Assembly: GCF_001194135.2 (NCBI RefSeq)
Contig: NC_068992.1
Span: forward strand, 7,091,900 to 7,155,899
From: Octopus bimaculoides
Lineage: Eukaryota
Length of the DNA stretch: 64,000 nt
Direction: 5' to 3'
A program made the position numbers and the translations under genes. Below are positions 24,908-39,055 of this stretch, one piece after another (within the stretch, counting starts at the first letter, position 1; the number at the start of each line of letters is the position of its first letter). Below the pieces are notes generated by a model. It saw only the letters and a program-made list of their open reading frames with translations, was not told where the DNA came from and made no database searches.

Positions 24908-26614
24908 TAAATTCTAGAAAAACTATTGCTGTTATAAGCTGCACAGTTTGTAAATACTTCAAAATATTTTCATGTATTTTAGAGAATTTTATTGGCTTAC
25001 AGTAATTTGACAAGTATGGAATTTAGGATATTTATGACAGTTCATGTCTGATCACAAATTACTGTATTTGCCTTTTAGGTTTAAAACATTTGAAGAGTAC
25101 ACTGTTCTAAGCATGTCTCCCTCTTGTTAATCCCATTACTATTGTTGTTGCCATTTATGCTCAAGTCAACTCTGGTCAGGCTGGTCCTTGACAAAACATC
25201 TTCCAGCCACAACCATTTCCACTTTTTTAGATGTGGTATATCTAGGACTACATCATGCTATGAATTTTTGAATTGTAAAAATGGTAGGATGTGCTTTGTA
25301 CAAATTTGGTTATTATTTTCCCTAAACTGATGTTCTACTGAGTCTGCTGCCAACCTCAGTAACCAGCAAGGGACTCACTGCATAGTCACTCTGCCTGCTA
25401 GAAACTGCAGCCATATCTCCCTTGCATCGTTACCACATTAAACAGAAATGATGCATGCATTCAGTAATATATTCTTCAATATAGAGAAATATGAAATGGT
25501 CACAGCTACAATACTTTTGATAGTAGATCTGCCAAGAGTGAACTGGAATTTGACAACAAAATAAAACATTGACAACACACATGTTTATATATAGAGAGAG
25601 ATAAAAGCATATTATATAAATCAATGCTGGAAGCCACAAACACAGCAACAGATACAAAATCATAAACTGAAGTACTTGCACCTGAACAGAATTGAAATTG
25701 GGTTCAAACCAATGAGAAAACTCTAGTAGTCATATATCTGTGCAATTATTGACAACAGGATAAGCAGTCAGATATTCTCATATGTGAGACTCTGCCATCT
25801 TTGAAAAAGGAGAGACACATTGAATAATGTAGATGTAGATACATCATGGTGGAAAATTAATAACAATAGGATGGTCATGGTTGGAATGCCTTTGATCAGA
25901 TATGTCTGCATCATCAGGAGTGATCTGGGTTTAAACAAAAATAACAATGGCAAGTGTGTGTGTGTGTGTGTGTGTGTGAAGCTGTAAGAATTAGTCTTCA
26001 GGCTATAATCTAGGAACCAATTTGCTTTTGTCTGTTGTCAGTAATTGCCCAGACATACTAGCATGGCAGGATAATGCCAAAGAAGGCGGAATGGTAATAA
26101 GTGAGAGAATTTTGTCAGAGAATACAACTGAAATAATTACAAGATTTCATTCTTTGTTACAAGATTTTTGATTTCATATTGTAGAAATATATTTCTTGAC
26201 ATCAAATTGAAACAAGAGCTTGTATATTAACATAATACTACTGTGTATAGGGTTAAACAGATGCTCATTACATATTAACTAGTTGCTTTCAAGTATCTAT
26301 GGATATTAAAGACCCTAATTATATATAAAAAAAGATTTCCTCCTCTATATGTGTACATGCATACTCTTGTGGTTGTTTAGCCTCTGGTCAGTTTATTCCA
26401 GTAGTCCTGTGACCAAATGTGTTTCAACTGTCTGCATCCTATGCTTTCATTACACATATACATACATACACATAATCATACATACTCCATACATGCACAC
26501 ACTCATACATTCTCCAAAATGTCTTTATTTTAAGATGGTTGGGTATGATTTGATAGAACATAGTTATTTCTAACAGGTTGAACAACTATGTTAACGCTCC
26601 TCTATTGCTTGTAT

Positions 26615-26663
<49 letters not shown>

Positions 26664-26689
26664 TATCCTATCCTAACACACAGAGCTAG

Positions 26690-27040
26690 GGTAGGATGGT
26701 ACTCTTTAGCTTTGGTTAACAACCTTCCTAGAGATGATGTCTTGATAAAAATACCTTAGGAGTAGATGGGTTTACTTATTGCCCAGCTTCGCACTCCTAC
26801 CTAGCTTACTGGCTTGAATAGAGGCTGATTTATCAGCCTTGTTTTCTGGCAAAGGCTTTGAATCCTGGTCTTAACCTATGATGAGGTCCATTATCTTGTT
26901 CATTTGGCCTTCATGTTTCTCTGTTCTTGTTGTTGATCTAGGTGAGCGTACCGGATTGCGTAGTTTTCTGGTTGCTACTTCTGACTGGTAGTTAGGTGCC
27001 CAATCTTTCTGGTAGCGCATGGAGGGGTTGCTCTATCAAC
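26690..27040 (-). other. Unclassified CpG-retaining island with an interrupted reading frame; possible retroelement relic
   Basis: Minus-strand frame 27020-26772 reads MRYQKDWAPNYQSEVATRKLRNPVRSPRSTTRTEKHEGQMNKIMDLIIG*DQDSKPLPENKADKSASIQASKLGRSAKLGNK*. It lies between (TA)n and (GA)n tracts. No diagnostic motif. Confidence 0.25.
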
Positions 27041-30000
27041 AGTTGAGAGAGAGAGAGAGAAAGTCTGTGCGTATCTAAAAAAACTAATATATGTTTCTGA
27101 TGGGTATCCTTCATTGGATCTAATCAATAAAGAAGAGAAAAAAACTAACCTCAATAACTGACTATTTGCAGGTGAAAAAACACAGAACGTACATGTTGGA
27201 CCAGATGCAGGGCTTTTGACATGATGTATTTACTGATACACTGGGTATTAAGAACATGAAAGAAATATTGAAGGGCAAAAAAACCTCATTTTATTGTTGA
27301 AATCTTTATTAACGTAAGAAATTGTTGATGTGTTTCACAAAATAATTGTTGTTCTGTCCCACTATGTGGCACCTTAGGAAGTATCTTTTACCATAGCCCC
27401 AAGACAACCAAAGACTTGTGCAGGAGTTTGATTGATGGAAACTGAAAGAAGCTTGTTGTGTGTGTGGTGTGTGTGTATATATGTATGCATGTGTGTTTTG
27501 TGCATTTCTTCCTCCTTTTCTTGATATTGCATTGTAGATGTAAATGGGTGGATTTATTAGACAAGTGGATTTATTCATTTCCAATCATCCATGAAATCAT
27601 GTCCAGCCATAGAAAAATCTGCCCCATTGAATTTTTACTGACCCCATGCACACATGGAACGGCAGGCATTAAAATGATTATGATGATTGTAATTATTTAT
27701 GAGAATTATGCAATGAAGATATAAAAAAAAAATTATGCAGTATTGGTGTTTGCTGCATTTATTTATACATTATATAATGTATTCTGTTAAATTTTATCAT
27801 GTTTTGTTTAATATTTGCATCAGAAATAATTATTTCATCTGAGTACCCAGTACGGCAGTGATCAAGTATTTAACTGGCTGGAAACATTCATTGTTCGCCA
27901 CTCTCCTTTACTCCCTCTTTCTATTTCTCTGTTACTTTTATATACACACACGCTTTCTCTCCCTCAAGACATTCTAATTTCTATACTGAAAGCATTGCAT
28001 ACAGACAATGGCTATATATATAATATCTACAGTTATATCCGCAAGGAATTCAGTATTGAATTTTTAAATAGTAAAATCTATAATGCAGATAACTATTTTT
28101 CATTGCTTAACTATGAAAGGATAGATCTAGTGGGAAAACAATGTTTGTCATAATTTGGTGGGTTTCTGCTACCTACAGAGACCAGTAATATATTGGGTTT
28201 GATTTAATCACATATACCTGCACTCCCACTAGAGAATTGTCATTGCATCTATCAAAAGACATTATTTCCAGAAACTAGAAGTAAATCTTCATTATTTATT
28301 CAGTACAGTGTTGCAATGATACACTTCAACTCCTTCAACCAAAACAAGTTCAAACAAGTTAAACATAACTACAAATTCTGCTTTCTGCAGGCATTATTTC
28401 CCATTCTACCTTGCTGGAAATTAATTACCAGTTCCATTTGTTGTTATTGGTTACTTAATCCGAAAAGAATTTCATCCAAGAATGATGCAATTCTGTAGAC
28501 CTATTCAAACCATGCCAACTTATGCCAGTAATATGACAAAATAAAATATAATGGCTTCTTTTCAATAATGTTAGCAGTAGATTATAGAAAGCCAACTATA
28601 CACATGAAGGTGCTTTGTTTGGATTTTACAGTATCTGGTTTAGTTTCAGAATTCTAATCCTTCTGAGATCAATTTTCATTTCGTTTTACTTTGATGTATA
28701 AATGACAACAATATACTAGTGTCAGGACAATCAATTATATTCCTTTCTCAAAGAAAATATATATATAAAACAATTTGGTTTAATATGTTGTAAAAATAAA
28801 CTGTAAATTGATAGCATGCATTTCATCTTATGTTAATCTCTTAATTAAAAATTTGTGGTTGTTGATGTTACACCCCAGATTAGCCTCAATCTAGGAAACC
28901 TATGTTTGAAAGCATTCCATTTATTATCGTCTCAACAATATTTTTATTTTTTCAGGAATAATATACCTAGTACTGCATTACTCAATGTGTGCTTCCTTGT
29001 TAAAGATGATAGAGTATGGTGTAAGGAAGATTTGCATGCTGCACATGACTACATAAAAAACTTTCACTGACTTTAAAAAATTATGTCACCTTACCATCAT
29101 AAATGGGGATGGACATATTGAATAACATTAATAATTCTGGAAATAATGGTTTCAACTTTTGGTACAAGGCCAGCAACTTTAAGAGAGGGGCTAAGTCGAT
29201 TACATGAACCCCAGTGTTCATTTCTTTCTAGTCTACTCAGTTCTCATCATTCAAAGTTCATGTCTCACTAACATTCAGTATCACAGTTCTAACACATGCA
29301 TCAGATAATGTCCTTCACTCTGAGAGAAAAGACCTTTTTTTGCCAGCAGTGGTAGTATCTTTCGGAACTTTCTCCAACCATTCTTATATAGATACATATT
29401 TATATAAGTTATCAAGCTGCACTTATAAAATTTAATGATGCAAAACCTAAAATTTATAATAATAATAATATGAACCAAGTTAAATAATAGATAAATATTC
29501 ATGATCACATTAGAAGGAAATAAAGACTGCAATAATATTGAAATATAGATCTGATCTACAGTTTAAATAAAAGAAAATTTATATGTTTGAATAATATTTC
29601 CACTTGATGTTCATTTGATATGAAGAAATACTGACAGGACAAATTTGTTCCATAGTGCAGCTTTCTAATGGCTGGTTACTAAGAGCTCATATATTGATTG
29701 GTAGAATAGTAAGGAGTGTAGACTATTAAGCATCATATGTGACTACACTAAGAAGTATTGTTCTTATTCTAAAGAATGGCCATTTCAATTGTCATTCATC
29801 AAAATATTCAATCATTGTTTGATTTCAAAGCCTATACATCCAGCAGACTTATGTTATCTAGATGTGTCTCTTTCAGCTATTGTCATACATTCATGATCAA
29901 TAGTTAGAGCTAAAACAAAACGTCCATTGGTGTTTTCATTTAGATATATATTTTTCTTTTAATGTGGTGGGGCGTTCTTATACTTACTAGACATTTCATT

Positions 30001-30308
30001 GCCAATAAGAACAAATAGGTATATTATAATAATGTTTTTTGCTTTTATTTTTTCAGTATTAGGCTAAAAAAAAAAAGAAACCACTCTGCAATTGTTCAGC
30101 TATTTCAGGTGCAAAACTGAAATTAAGTACAAGGGCCAATATAATTGATTACTTTAAACCCCTTATGCTAGTACCCCATTACAGTTGCAATCCATTGACT
30201 GCAGTCAGTAAATGTGTTAAAAATACATATATGGGTTTATTTCTATTTCAAATTCATATATTGCACCTATTGAAATAGTATTATTAATACAAATGTCTAA
30301 TAATATCA

Positions 30309-30435
30309 GGCGCAGGAGTGGCTGTGTGGTAAGTAGCTTGCTTACCAACCACATGGTTTTGGGTTCATTATCTGTTTTGGCAGGGTTTTTATGGCTGGAT
30401 GCCCTTCTTAACACCAACCACTTAACAGAGTGGAC
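30309..30435. mobile_element. Chimera: young CORE-type SINE head (+) cut just after the B box by an inverted RTE-tail fragment
   Basis: ggcgcaggagtggctgtgtggtaagtagcttgcttaccaaccacatggttttgggttca joins directly to tctgttttggcagggtttttatggctggatgcccttcttaacaccaaccac (reverse of the RTE tail). Confidence 0.7.
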
Positions 30436-31014
30436 TATATATATTGCACAATGTGAATGCACACTTTTAATGCAGTTCTGAGGAAGTGTCACTCTAATGT
30501 TTAAAACCACAAATATTATGCAAATTTTCACTTTGAACTGTTGTGTGAACTGGCATTGAAAGCAGAGTCGGTACAGAAACAATTGTAACTGATCGTTAAA
30601 GATGTGTTAAAGTCTTTCTTTGTTTTCATATTCGGATTATATTTTATTCTTTGCAAAACCCACACAATGATTTTAACATCATAAAACCAGGATTTTCTCC
30701 ACCTGAAGAATTTTGGCATTATTCTGGAATCAGCCCAGAGCTCAGAGTGAGTGTTGCATTGGAAATACCCTTTCTGCACTCCTAGGACCTTATATATTAT
30801 ATGATGATGAAGAAGATGATACATGTATGTATATGTGTGTGTGTGTATGCACAAATCATCATCATCATCATTAATGTCCACTTTCCATGTTGGCATGGGC
30901 TGAATAGTTTGACAGGAGCTGGCAAGCCAGAAGACTACACTAAATTCTGTCCGTTTTGGCATGATTTCTATTCTTGCAAATCCTTCCTAATGTCACAGTT
31001 GCACCTACTGAGGA

Positions 31015-31640
31015 TATGAAAACTTCATATTATGAAGGGACATCAGATTAATTTACCAGGACTCGGTAAATATATGGAGCAGCTTATCATCAAAAGTGTT
31101 AATTGGACCATTCCTCTTTGACACTACTGTGATCAGTTTGTTTACTGGAATTAGCTGTGACAAATATTCAAGAGGACTCTGAAATGTGAAGATTTTATTT
31201 CTAGCAAGATAAGACAATTGTACACTACCAAAGAAATGAGAGGAGGTTTTTTCCAGACAAGTGGTTTGGATGAAAAGGTTTAATAGAATACTTCACATTC
31301 ACCAGACAAAACCCCCATGGACATTTTTTTTTTTTTTCATGAGGATACTTAAAAGATAAAATTTATGACTGTAAAACCAGCAACAGTCAATGAAATGGTG
31401 GCAGCCATTGAACAAGAATGCTCACAAATACCAAGCAGAATGTTTTTGATGCTTCCGATTCCATTGCTTCATTTTATCAGTAATGCCTAGACCGGAACAA
31501 TCATCAGTTTGAAAACATGCATACATAAAAAATTAAAATCTCAGAATATTCTATTAAATTTTGAAGATGAAATGTATCTAAATAGACACTGACTTTATAA
31601 TCATTCAAAGTATGTATACATTTTGAGGGATACTCTACAT
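31015..31640 (+). pseudogene. Tc1/mariner-superfamily transposase C-terminal relic with probable right end
   Basis: Joined frames: IWSSLSSKVLIGPFLFDTTV / FYF*QDKTIVHY..FPDKWFG*KGLIEY / SPDKTPMDIFF / GYLKDKIY / VKPATVNEMVAAIEQECSQIP / DSIASFYQ*CLDRNNHQFEN. These match GPFFF, FQQDGAPPH, WIGRxG and WPPRSPDLTPLDFFLWGYLKDKVY. A TIR-like ttttgagggatactctac at ~31621-31638 precedes a TA-rich tract. Confidence 0.85.
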
Positions 31641-31652
31641 ATATATATATAT

Positions 31653-31703
<51 letters not shown>

Positions 31704-33174
31704 CATGTGTCTGTGTGTGCATGTGTAAGGTTGTGTGTTTGAAAAATAATAAAACATGTATTGTGTCAACATAAACTTGTTAAAGACCTGCATACAGCTA
31801 GGATTTTAAATCAATTTAGAAACTTACAAGGAAATGTTTAACATTGAAAGGATTCAAAATCAATAGAATGTTTCCATGATATAGATATCAAAGAAGTTGA
31901 TTTCATAATATATATTATCAGAAAAAATCTAGTAGCATTTAAGAAATGTCGACAGCATTCTTTGATTTTCTACACATGCAGCTAAGTTTTATTTTGGCTT
32001 TTCTTAACTATTTTTATTCTGAAAATTTAAGGAAAAAAACGTATAGACTTCTTATGACTGAATTTAAAAGAAGGAAATATCAATGTATAGATGTGTTTAT
32101 TTTATTTTGGTTTACCCTCTGAAAAATCAACAAAATATCTTTGCTAAATAAATCAAGAACGGAAAAGAAAATTGAATATAAAGAAATTCATTACAAAAAA
32201 CAAATTGAATATATGTTAGTGATGTGGGTTTTATCTGAAGTTTAATATGTCACAAGTATTGATATTGTGACAGAAAAAAGTGGTTTTTCTTCCTGTTTTC
32301 AAAACTTATTCAACTATAAAATTAAAACTCATTTCACTATTTTAATTGACAATATATGTATGTGTGTTTGTGTTTGTATGTATGTGTCTGGTATGTAGCA
32401 TTGTATCTACATCTATTTGTATATAGTCCTGTTTCTAAGCATCATACTGTCTATGAAACAAATAATAGTTCAGTTGATTTCATATTTAGACTTTTCTAAT
32501 TGCGGCTGTTGTTATTTAGTCCTGCACCAAATAGCAAAGTTATTCTTGCCATGACCATCCCATTTACACTTCAACATATTATATTTAGGACTACATTACT
32601 CCAATGTGTCCTTTTTCTTTTTTAAGACAGTAAGATGTAATTCAGATGAAATTTGGCTGCTGTTTCTAGTAGTCACATGACCACATGGAAGATCCTTTGT
32701 ATTTTATTTTTGTTTATCAGATTTGCTTGTGAATACTGACTTGGAGCTAAGCAACAACAACTAATGCTGGTATTTATTTTAACAATCTCAGATGAATAAA
32801 TATATTTCTACTCTAGTAGGATGTGAAATGAGAAATGTGAAACATCAAACCATATAAACTAAAGCATTTTGCTCAAACTCCTTTTCATCTGAACAATATC
32901 CATCATTTTCTATCTAGACTAAAGACTAAAGTAAAGCAATTCAGCTGATCCAGCATATTTCTTTATATTTTATTTTAACTAACTTTTAGTATGAATACAA
33001 AGCAAAAAAAAATGCATTGGTATCAAAGAAATAGCCAGAAGAGTTTAGTGATGTTTTAAACTTTAGATTTCGGAATTTGAGCAAGAACCACTTTGTAATA
33101 AGTTTAAAAACGAAACAGTATCCAGCCAATGTGGTCAAAGAGATATAAAAACATAAAAGTGTGTTTATATTTAT

Positions 33175-33400
33175 ATCATCATCATCCTTTCACATTCGTT
33201 TTCCATGCTAGAATGGGTTGAATGGTTTGACTAGAGCTGGCAAGCTGAAGAGTTGCACCAGGCTCTAGTCTAATTTGGCTTGGCTTCTACAGTTGGATGC
33301 CCTTCCTAGTGCCAACCATTTTGCAGTGTGCGCTGACTGATTTTAATGTGGCACCACATGAGTGCTTTTCCATGGCACTGGCACAGGACTCTTACAGGTC
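33175..33400 (-). mobile_element. Older RTE-type 3' tail copy
   Basis: (tca)n followed by ttttccatgctagaatgggttg...ggatgcccttcctagtgccaacca. Similar older reverse copies lie at about 30860-31010, 39270-39390, 41640-41850 and 47440-47605. Confidence 0.7.
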
Positions 33401-36400
33401 AATCCTCTTCACTGGTGGGAGGGGGCTGCCTTAACACTGAATGTTAACATGTTTTTCCTATGCTATTGATTTATAGAAAAAGTGGGAGAGATTCTTCTGA
33501 CAGACCGTTTCCCTGCTTATTCACCTCTCCTCAAAGAAGACGTAACCAGCTTCCTTCTCCACTCAACAGCATTGGTCAGGAGCAATATAAAGCAGTCATG
33601 AATATAAACCAGTCATGGAACATTAGTAGACAGCACAACTCACATTTGGGCCTATGATGGTTCATAATTAATTTAGAAATATCTTATTTTATGCATAACA
33701 CAATGTAAATCAGATCTAAAATAAATGTGAATATTCAAAAGTGTCTCTGTTGCTGCAATGAGAATATAAATATATTCTTTTTATGGTATCAATATGGGAA
33801 TGAAGGAAGACGGTAGTTTCCTAATGGAGTATTTCATGGTCTGTTGCCCATTTCTTAGAGAAGATGTACCAGACTTCCTTCTTCATTCAATCAGTCATTA
33901 CTTCTAGCAAAAGGCTCGAACCTGAAATAAGAAGGGGACAGTCAATTATATTGCCCCGTCTTTTGACTTTATTTAATTGATGCCAGAATGATGAAAGGCA
34001 AAGTTAACCCCTGGAGGATTTTGAACTCAGAACATCAGGTGTCGGAACAAATACTGCAAAGCATTTTCTCTGATACTCTAAAGATTATATCAATACACTA
34101 TCCTGCAGCTGATGATGATGATAACAAATTCTAGACAAATTCTGAATCCCAGGAATGGGAAACAAAGCTGCAATGAAAAAGTACCTAAAAATATTTTCAT
34201 GCTATATGATACAAAAATCTCCATAAATTGTTATAGCATTTTTAAAAAATAGAAAAAAAATTAAAATCTTGTTTATTTATTTTTAAAAAAACATTTGATA
34301 TTAATGATGACTTTAATATCATCATTGCTGCTATTATTAACTTCATTTTCATTGAATTTTATCAGTTCCATCACATAGAGTATGATTTTGTTTTTGGGGT
34401 GTTTTTTGTTCTTTTTCCACATTTTAGATTTTTTCCCCAGTTAAAAATGAAAAAAATTCGTTTGTCTGTGTATGTGTGAGTTTGTGTGTTCAGAGCCCCT
34501 GTAGCTTCATCATGAAAAGAATGAAAATGATAACTTTATTTTAAATGAATAATCGCTCAATAAATAGAAAAGCAGTAAAGATTTATGGATTTGATAAGAA
34601 AATAATAATTTTAAATGTTTAAAATATATAAACAAATGACACTATATTATATTGGTATGAAACAGTTGGTATTAAATTTTAAATTAATATTCAGAGTTGA
34701 AAGTAATATGTATTAAGTTGAGAGAGAAAAGAAAATTTTCAGCCAAGAAAATTTACAGGAAAGTGCACAGTGAAATGTATTTTATAAAGAAGTTTTAAAG
34801 AATATAACCAGATGTAATCAAGTGAATATCTAAATGGGAAATTATTGCATAGAAGTCTGATAAGAGTAACAATATAGCTTTTGTAATAACAGCTGTTATT
34901 TTTATTTTGTAAGTATTTAGTTAATGAATATAAATTAACCAATCAATGTTTCTCTGAATTTTGTCTTTTTTTAAAATTTATCTCAGCTTTTTAGAAGATA
35001 TATTTTATTTTATTCCTCTGTATGTTGTGCATATTTAGCTAGTGCTATTACAATCATAGGTTCCTATGTAGTGGAAATGATGGAGGTTTGAGTTTCTTTG
35101 TGTTCAGTTTCAGAATAATGCTTCACTACACATGACATATGACAGTCAAGATTTCTGAATGTCATTTTAAATAATCTTATTGTCACAAAAATAAAATGAT
35201 GTTCTTTGATAAGATTCTGAAAACGTTTATGTAAACATGAGGTTATTTTTATATAAATATGACAACACAAGTGAACATGTGAAGATCGGGAGTAGAGAGG
35301 TAATACTGATGTTGCTCAGAAATGAGATAGATATTATCATAGCTGAAATTACATGCAATGAGATGGACAAACAAACTACAAAACTTAGAAGCTAAAGAAA
35401 TGTAGAAACTATTCTTTCCCTGACAACTACTATTCCCTGTTGATATTTGACATAAAGTGTGCAGTAATTTGATGGGTCATTAGAGTATTGTACAAAACAC
35501 TTACGCTATTTATTTACGACTCTTTATGTTCTGGGTTCAAATCCCACCAACATCAAATGTGTCTTCCATACTAATGGGATTAATCAAATCACCAGCTAAT
35601 GTAGCAATTAAATGTTGAGATTCCTTTAATTGATTATATCTTCAACTACTGAAATTGTAACCTTGTGCCAGTTTAAACTAAGCTTAGACATCATGAAATC
35701 TGCTTTCTACTTCTCTTTCTAGCCCATTTTTATGGATCCTTTTCTGTCATCCCTTGATACACTTCCTACACAGTATTCTATTTTATAACTCTAAAAAGTG
35801 ACCCAACTCTCAATGGCTCTCTGCTCAGTATATTACAGCAGTTTCAAGGTTACAAATTGGTAGAATTGATAGAACATTATACAAAATGCTGAGTGGTATA
35901 TTTAGTGGTGTCCCTTTATATTCTGAGTTCAAATCCTGTCAAGATTGCAAGGCTGATAAAATAAGTACTAGACAAGTACTGGGGTTATTTGTTCTGTGCC
36001 AAAGTTAGAAACTAATAAAATAAAATAGTTTTCAAGTGGTGCATTTTAGTAAGTCATGAGAACATTTAAAAACAAAGTTCTTTATTAACATCTTTCGTAA
36101 TTAAGAAATTAAGAAGCATAAGATGATGTACTTGAGTTTTAACTTGACAAGAGAGCTATCTTGTAAATTAATATGGTCTTGAGTCAAGAAGGGAGATTTT
36201 ATGCAGTGCACTATCCTTCAACTCCCACCTTACCATATTTAGAAACTGAACGTGATGGATAATGTCATTTTGAGATGACTATTTCTAAGAAAGAAAATAA
36301 CATGCGGAATAGTCGCAGCAGGGATGCCTTTGATCGTAGCTCTGTTGGAATCAGGCTGACTGTGGATTAAACAACAGTAACAACAAATGAAGCTTTTAGG

Positions 36401-36806
36401 ACCTCAGTCAGTTCAATTTGAAATGAAGAGGCCCTGGGATCACATGTGACAATGGATGGCGGTGGGGGCGGGTACCTTGTCAAATGCTTTCTCCAAATCA
36501 AATGAAATCCAGACATAGTGATTTATTTTTTGACAGGTATTTCTCATTTCTCTTGTAGTTGCCTTACTAGGAAAATTGCATGTGTATTGCCTCTTTGAGA
36601 AATAAAACCAAACTCTCATCCAGGTCTACTCTGTCATGGATCAATTGGGCTATGAGCTCCTCCATGACCTTCATGACTTGATCTAGAAGTTTAATTCCCC
36701 TATAGTTGGCAGTTTACAATGATACTGTTATACCAATCATTGTGTACGGCATCCTCCTGAATGACTTGATTAACTATCTGTGCATATATATGCATTTATA
36801 TATATA

Positions 36807-37102
36807 GGCCTTCGTAGGGTTTTCAAGCGAGATCGTTGCCAGTGCCCCTGGACTGGCTCTTGTGCGGGTGGCACATAAAAGACACCATTTTGAGCGTGGC
36901 TGTTGCCAGTACCGCCTGACTGGCCTTCGTGCGGGTGACATGTAAAAGCATTCACTACACTCTCTGAGTGGTTGGCGTTAGGAAGGGCATCCAGCTGTAG
37001 AAACTCTGCCAAATTAGATTGGAGCCTGGTGTTGCCATCCGGTTTCACCAGTCCTCAGTCAAATCGTCCAACCCATGCTAGCATGGAAAGCGGACGTTAA
37101 AC

Positions 37103-37132
<30 letters not shown>
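36807..37132 (+). mobile_element. Young 5'-truncated RTE-type 3' end, (GAT)n tail
   Basis: CpG-intact; the terminal ~150 bp are near-identical to 38700-38855 and 63854-64000. Confidence 0.9.
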
Positions 37133-37133
<1 letters not shown>

Positions 37134-38491
37134 CATCTATGTATATGCATATATACATGCATCTGTGTATGTATGTTCATGCATGTATCTAACATAGGCG
37201 CACAAACTTTGACTCTCTTTCTTGCCTTTTCTCTCTATCACCATAACACAACAAATAACCCTTATTCTAGTAATGGATATTAAACAGTTATATTTATTTA
37301 TTTTTCATCCAGAGATGTATGAAAAGATTAAATTCACAATGAATTTCTCTTACTTTTTAAATTACTTTACAAAACTGTTTGAGAAAACGAGCATATATCA
37401 AATTTCTTTGCTTGTATCATCTACATAATTTTCTGATATAAGCAAAATATTTTTGTTTTCTCTCAAGACACCAGTAAAATTGTATGTTTTCATATAAAAT
37501 ATTGATTGCCTGCTTATCAATTTGTGGTGCATTATACAGAAGTTTATCACAATCCATAAAGAAAAGAGTATAAATCATATTTAGAAAAAAGAACAAACAT
37601 CAAAATTCAAAATGGCATCTTTCATTTCAGTGTAACATTTATCATCATTTGACAGATTTAATCATCCATCCAAAGTGAGGAGTAAAAACAAAGATAAAGT
37701 GAAATAGAGCTAATTTAATAACCAGAGTTAACTCTTATAAGTATTTTGTTGAGTTTGTTGCTGTTATTATTTTTTTTTTTTTTATAGACTGCTTTTATTT
37801 TTATTGCTGAGATACTTTTTGTTTTTCTTTTTTAATTTTTTAATTTTTATTTCATTATTTTATTTATTTTTAGTTTGGATTTTATTAGCTGCAAGAACTA
37901 AGATCTTGGTGGTTTAGAAACATTTATCATTATCATAGAAAAATGTGTTGCTAATCAGTAGTTCCTCACTGAAGATGGTAAACAAAGTTCATCGTACAAC
38001 TTTATCTAGTTCAAGATCAAATACAAATCAATATAAGAAAATCAAAAGAAAGTTAAAGTACAGAACTACTAGATATTTTTGTTTTGTTTTGGTTTTTTTT
38101 TGCTTTTTTGGGGGAAAAAAAAAGATGTTATATTCCTAACTATTACATCATGGAATAGTCATGATGGCCATTTAAAAGACATGTATGCCATTTCATTTAT
38201 ATCTATTTTCTAAGAGCATTGTTTAATGGTGATTTCTAACATTAATACAAAGCTTCAAAATTTGAGTGGATAAGCTAGAGCTATCCTGGTTGATAACTGG
38301 TAGGCTGAAAGGTAAAGTTGATTTTGGTAGAATTTGAATTCACAATGTTAGAAAGTATGCAACTAAATACTGCAAGACATTTTAACCATCATTTTAACAA
38401 TTCTATTAATTCAAAGCCTCCATAATATTCTATGTCAAAATCTATACTTCTTGGAAGTCATAAGACAAGAAATAAGTATTTTTCTACATAT

Positions 38492-38855
38492 ACTGGCTCT
38501 TGTGCGGGTGGCACATGAGATGCACCATTTTGAGCGTGGTCGTTGCCAGTACCGCCTGACTGGCTCCCGTAGGATTTTCGAGTGAGATCGTTGCCAGTGC
38601 CCCTGGACTGGCTTGTGCGGGTGGCACATAAAAGACACCATTTCGAGCATGGCCGTTTTCGTGCGGGTGACACGTAAAAGCACCCAATACACTCTCTGAG
38701 TGGTTGGCGTTAGGAAGGGCATCCAGCTGTAGAAACTCTGCCAAATTAGATTGGAGCCTGGTGTTGCCATCTGGTTTCACCAGTCCTCAGTCAGATCGTC
38801 CAACCCATGCTAGCATGGAAAGCGGACGTTAAACGATGATGATGATGATGATGAT
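38492..38855 (+). mobile_element. Young 5'-truncated RTE-type 3' end with three internal gtgcgggtg(g/a)cac modules, (GAT)n tail
   Basis: gtgcgggtggcacat / gtgcgggtggcacat / gtgcgggtgacacgt modules, then gagtggttggcgttaggaagggcatccagc...gcggacgttaaacgatgat. Confidence 0.9.
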
Positions 38856-39055
38856 ACTGTGGGATGTATTTTTTTGTTTTTTGGAGATTTAAATTCTGCT
38901 GCTTGTTTTTCATTTACTTAAGTTTTGTTTATTTCTGTATTATTTTAAACCTTATAGAGTCCTGTTGTGAGAAGTGTTTCTCCTTAGATGTAAACCTGTG
39001 GAAATGCTTTATGCCCTACTGGTATCATCATCATCATCATCATTTAATGTCATAA

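Noticed and set aside
28941-29026. Strong-looking acceptor (tttttattttttcag) and a downstream gtaagg
   Set aside because: It lies inside a reverse copy of the (CAA)n-tailed repeat whose poly-T supplies the tract; no independent support.
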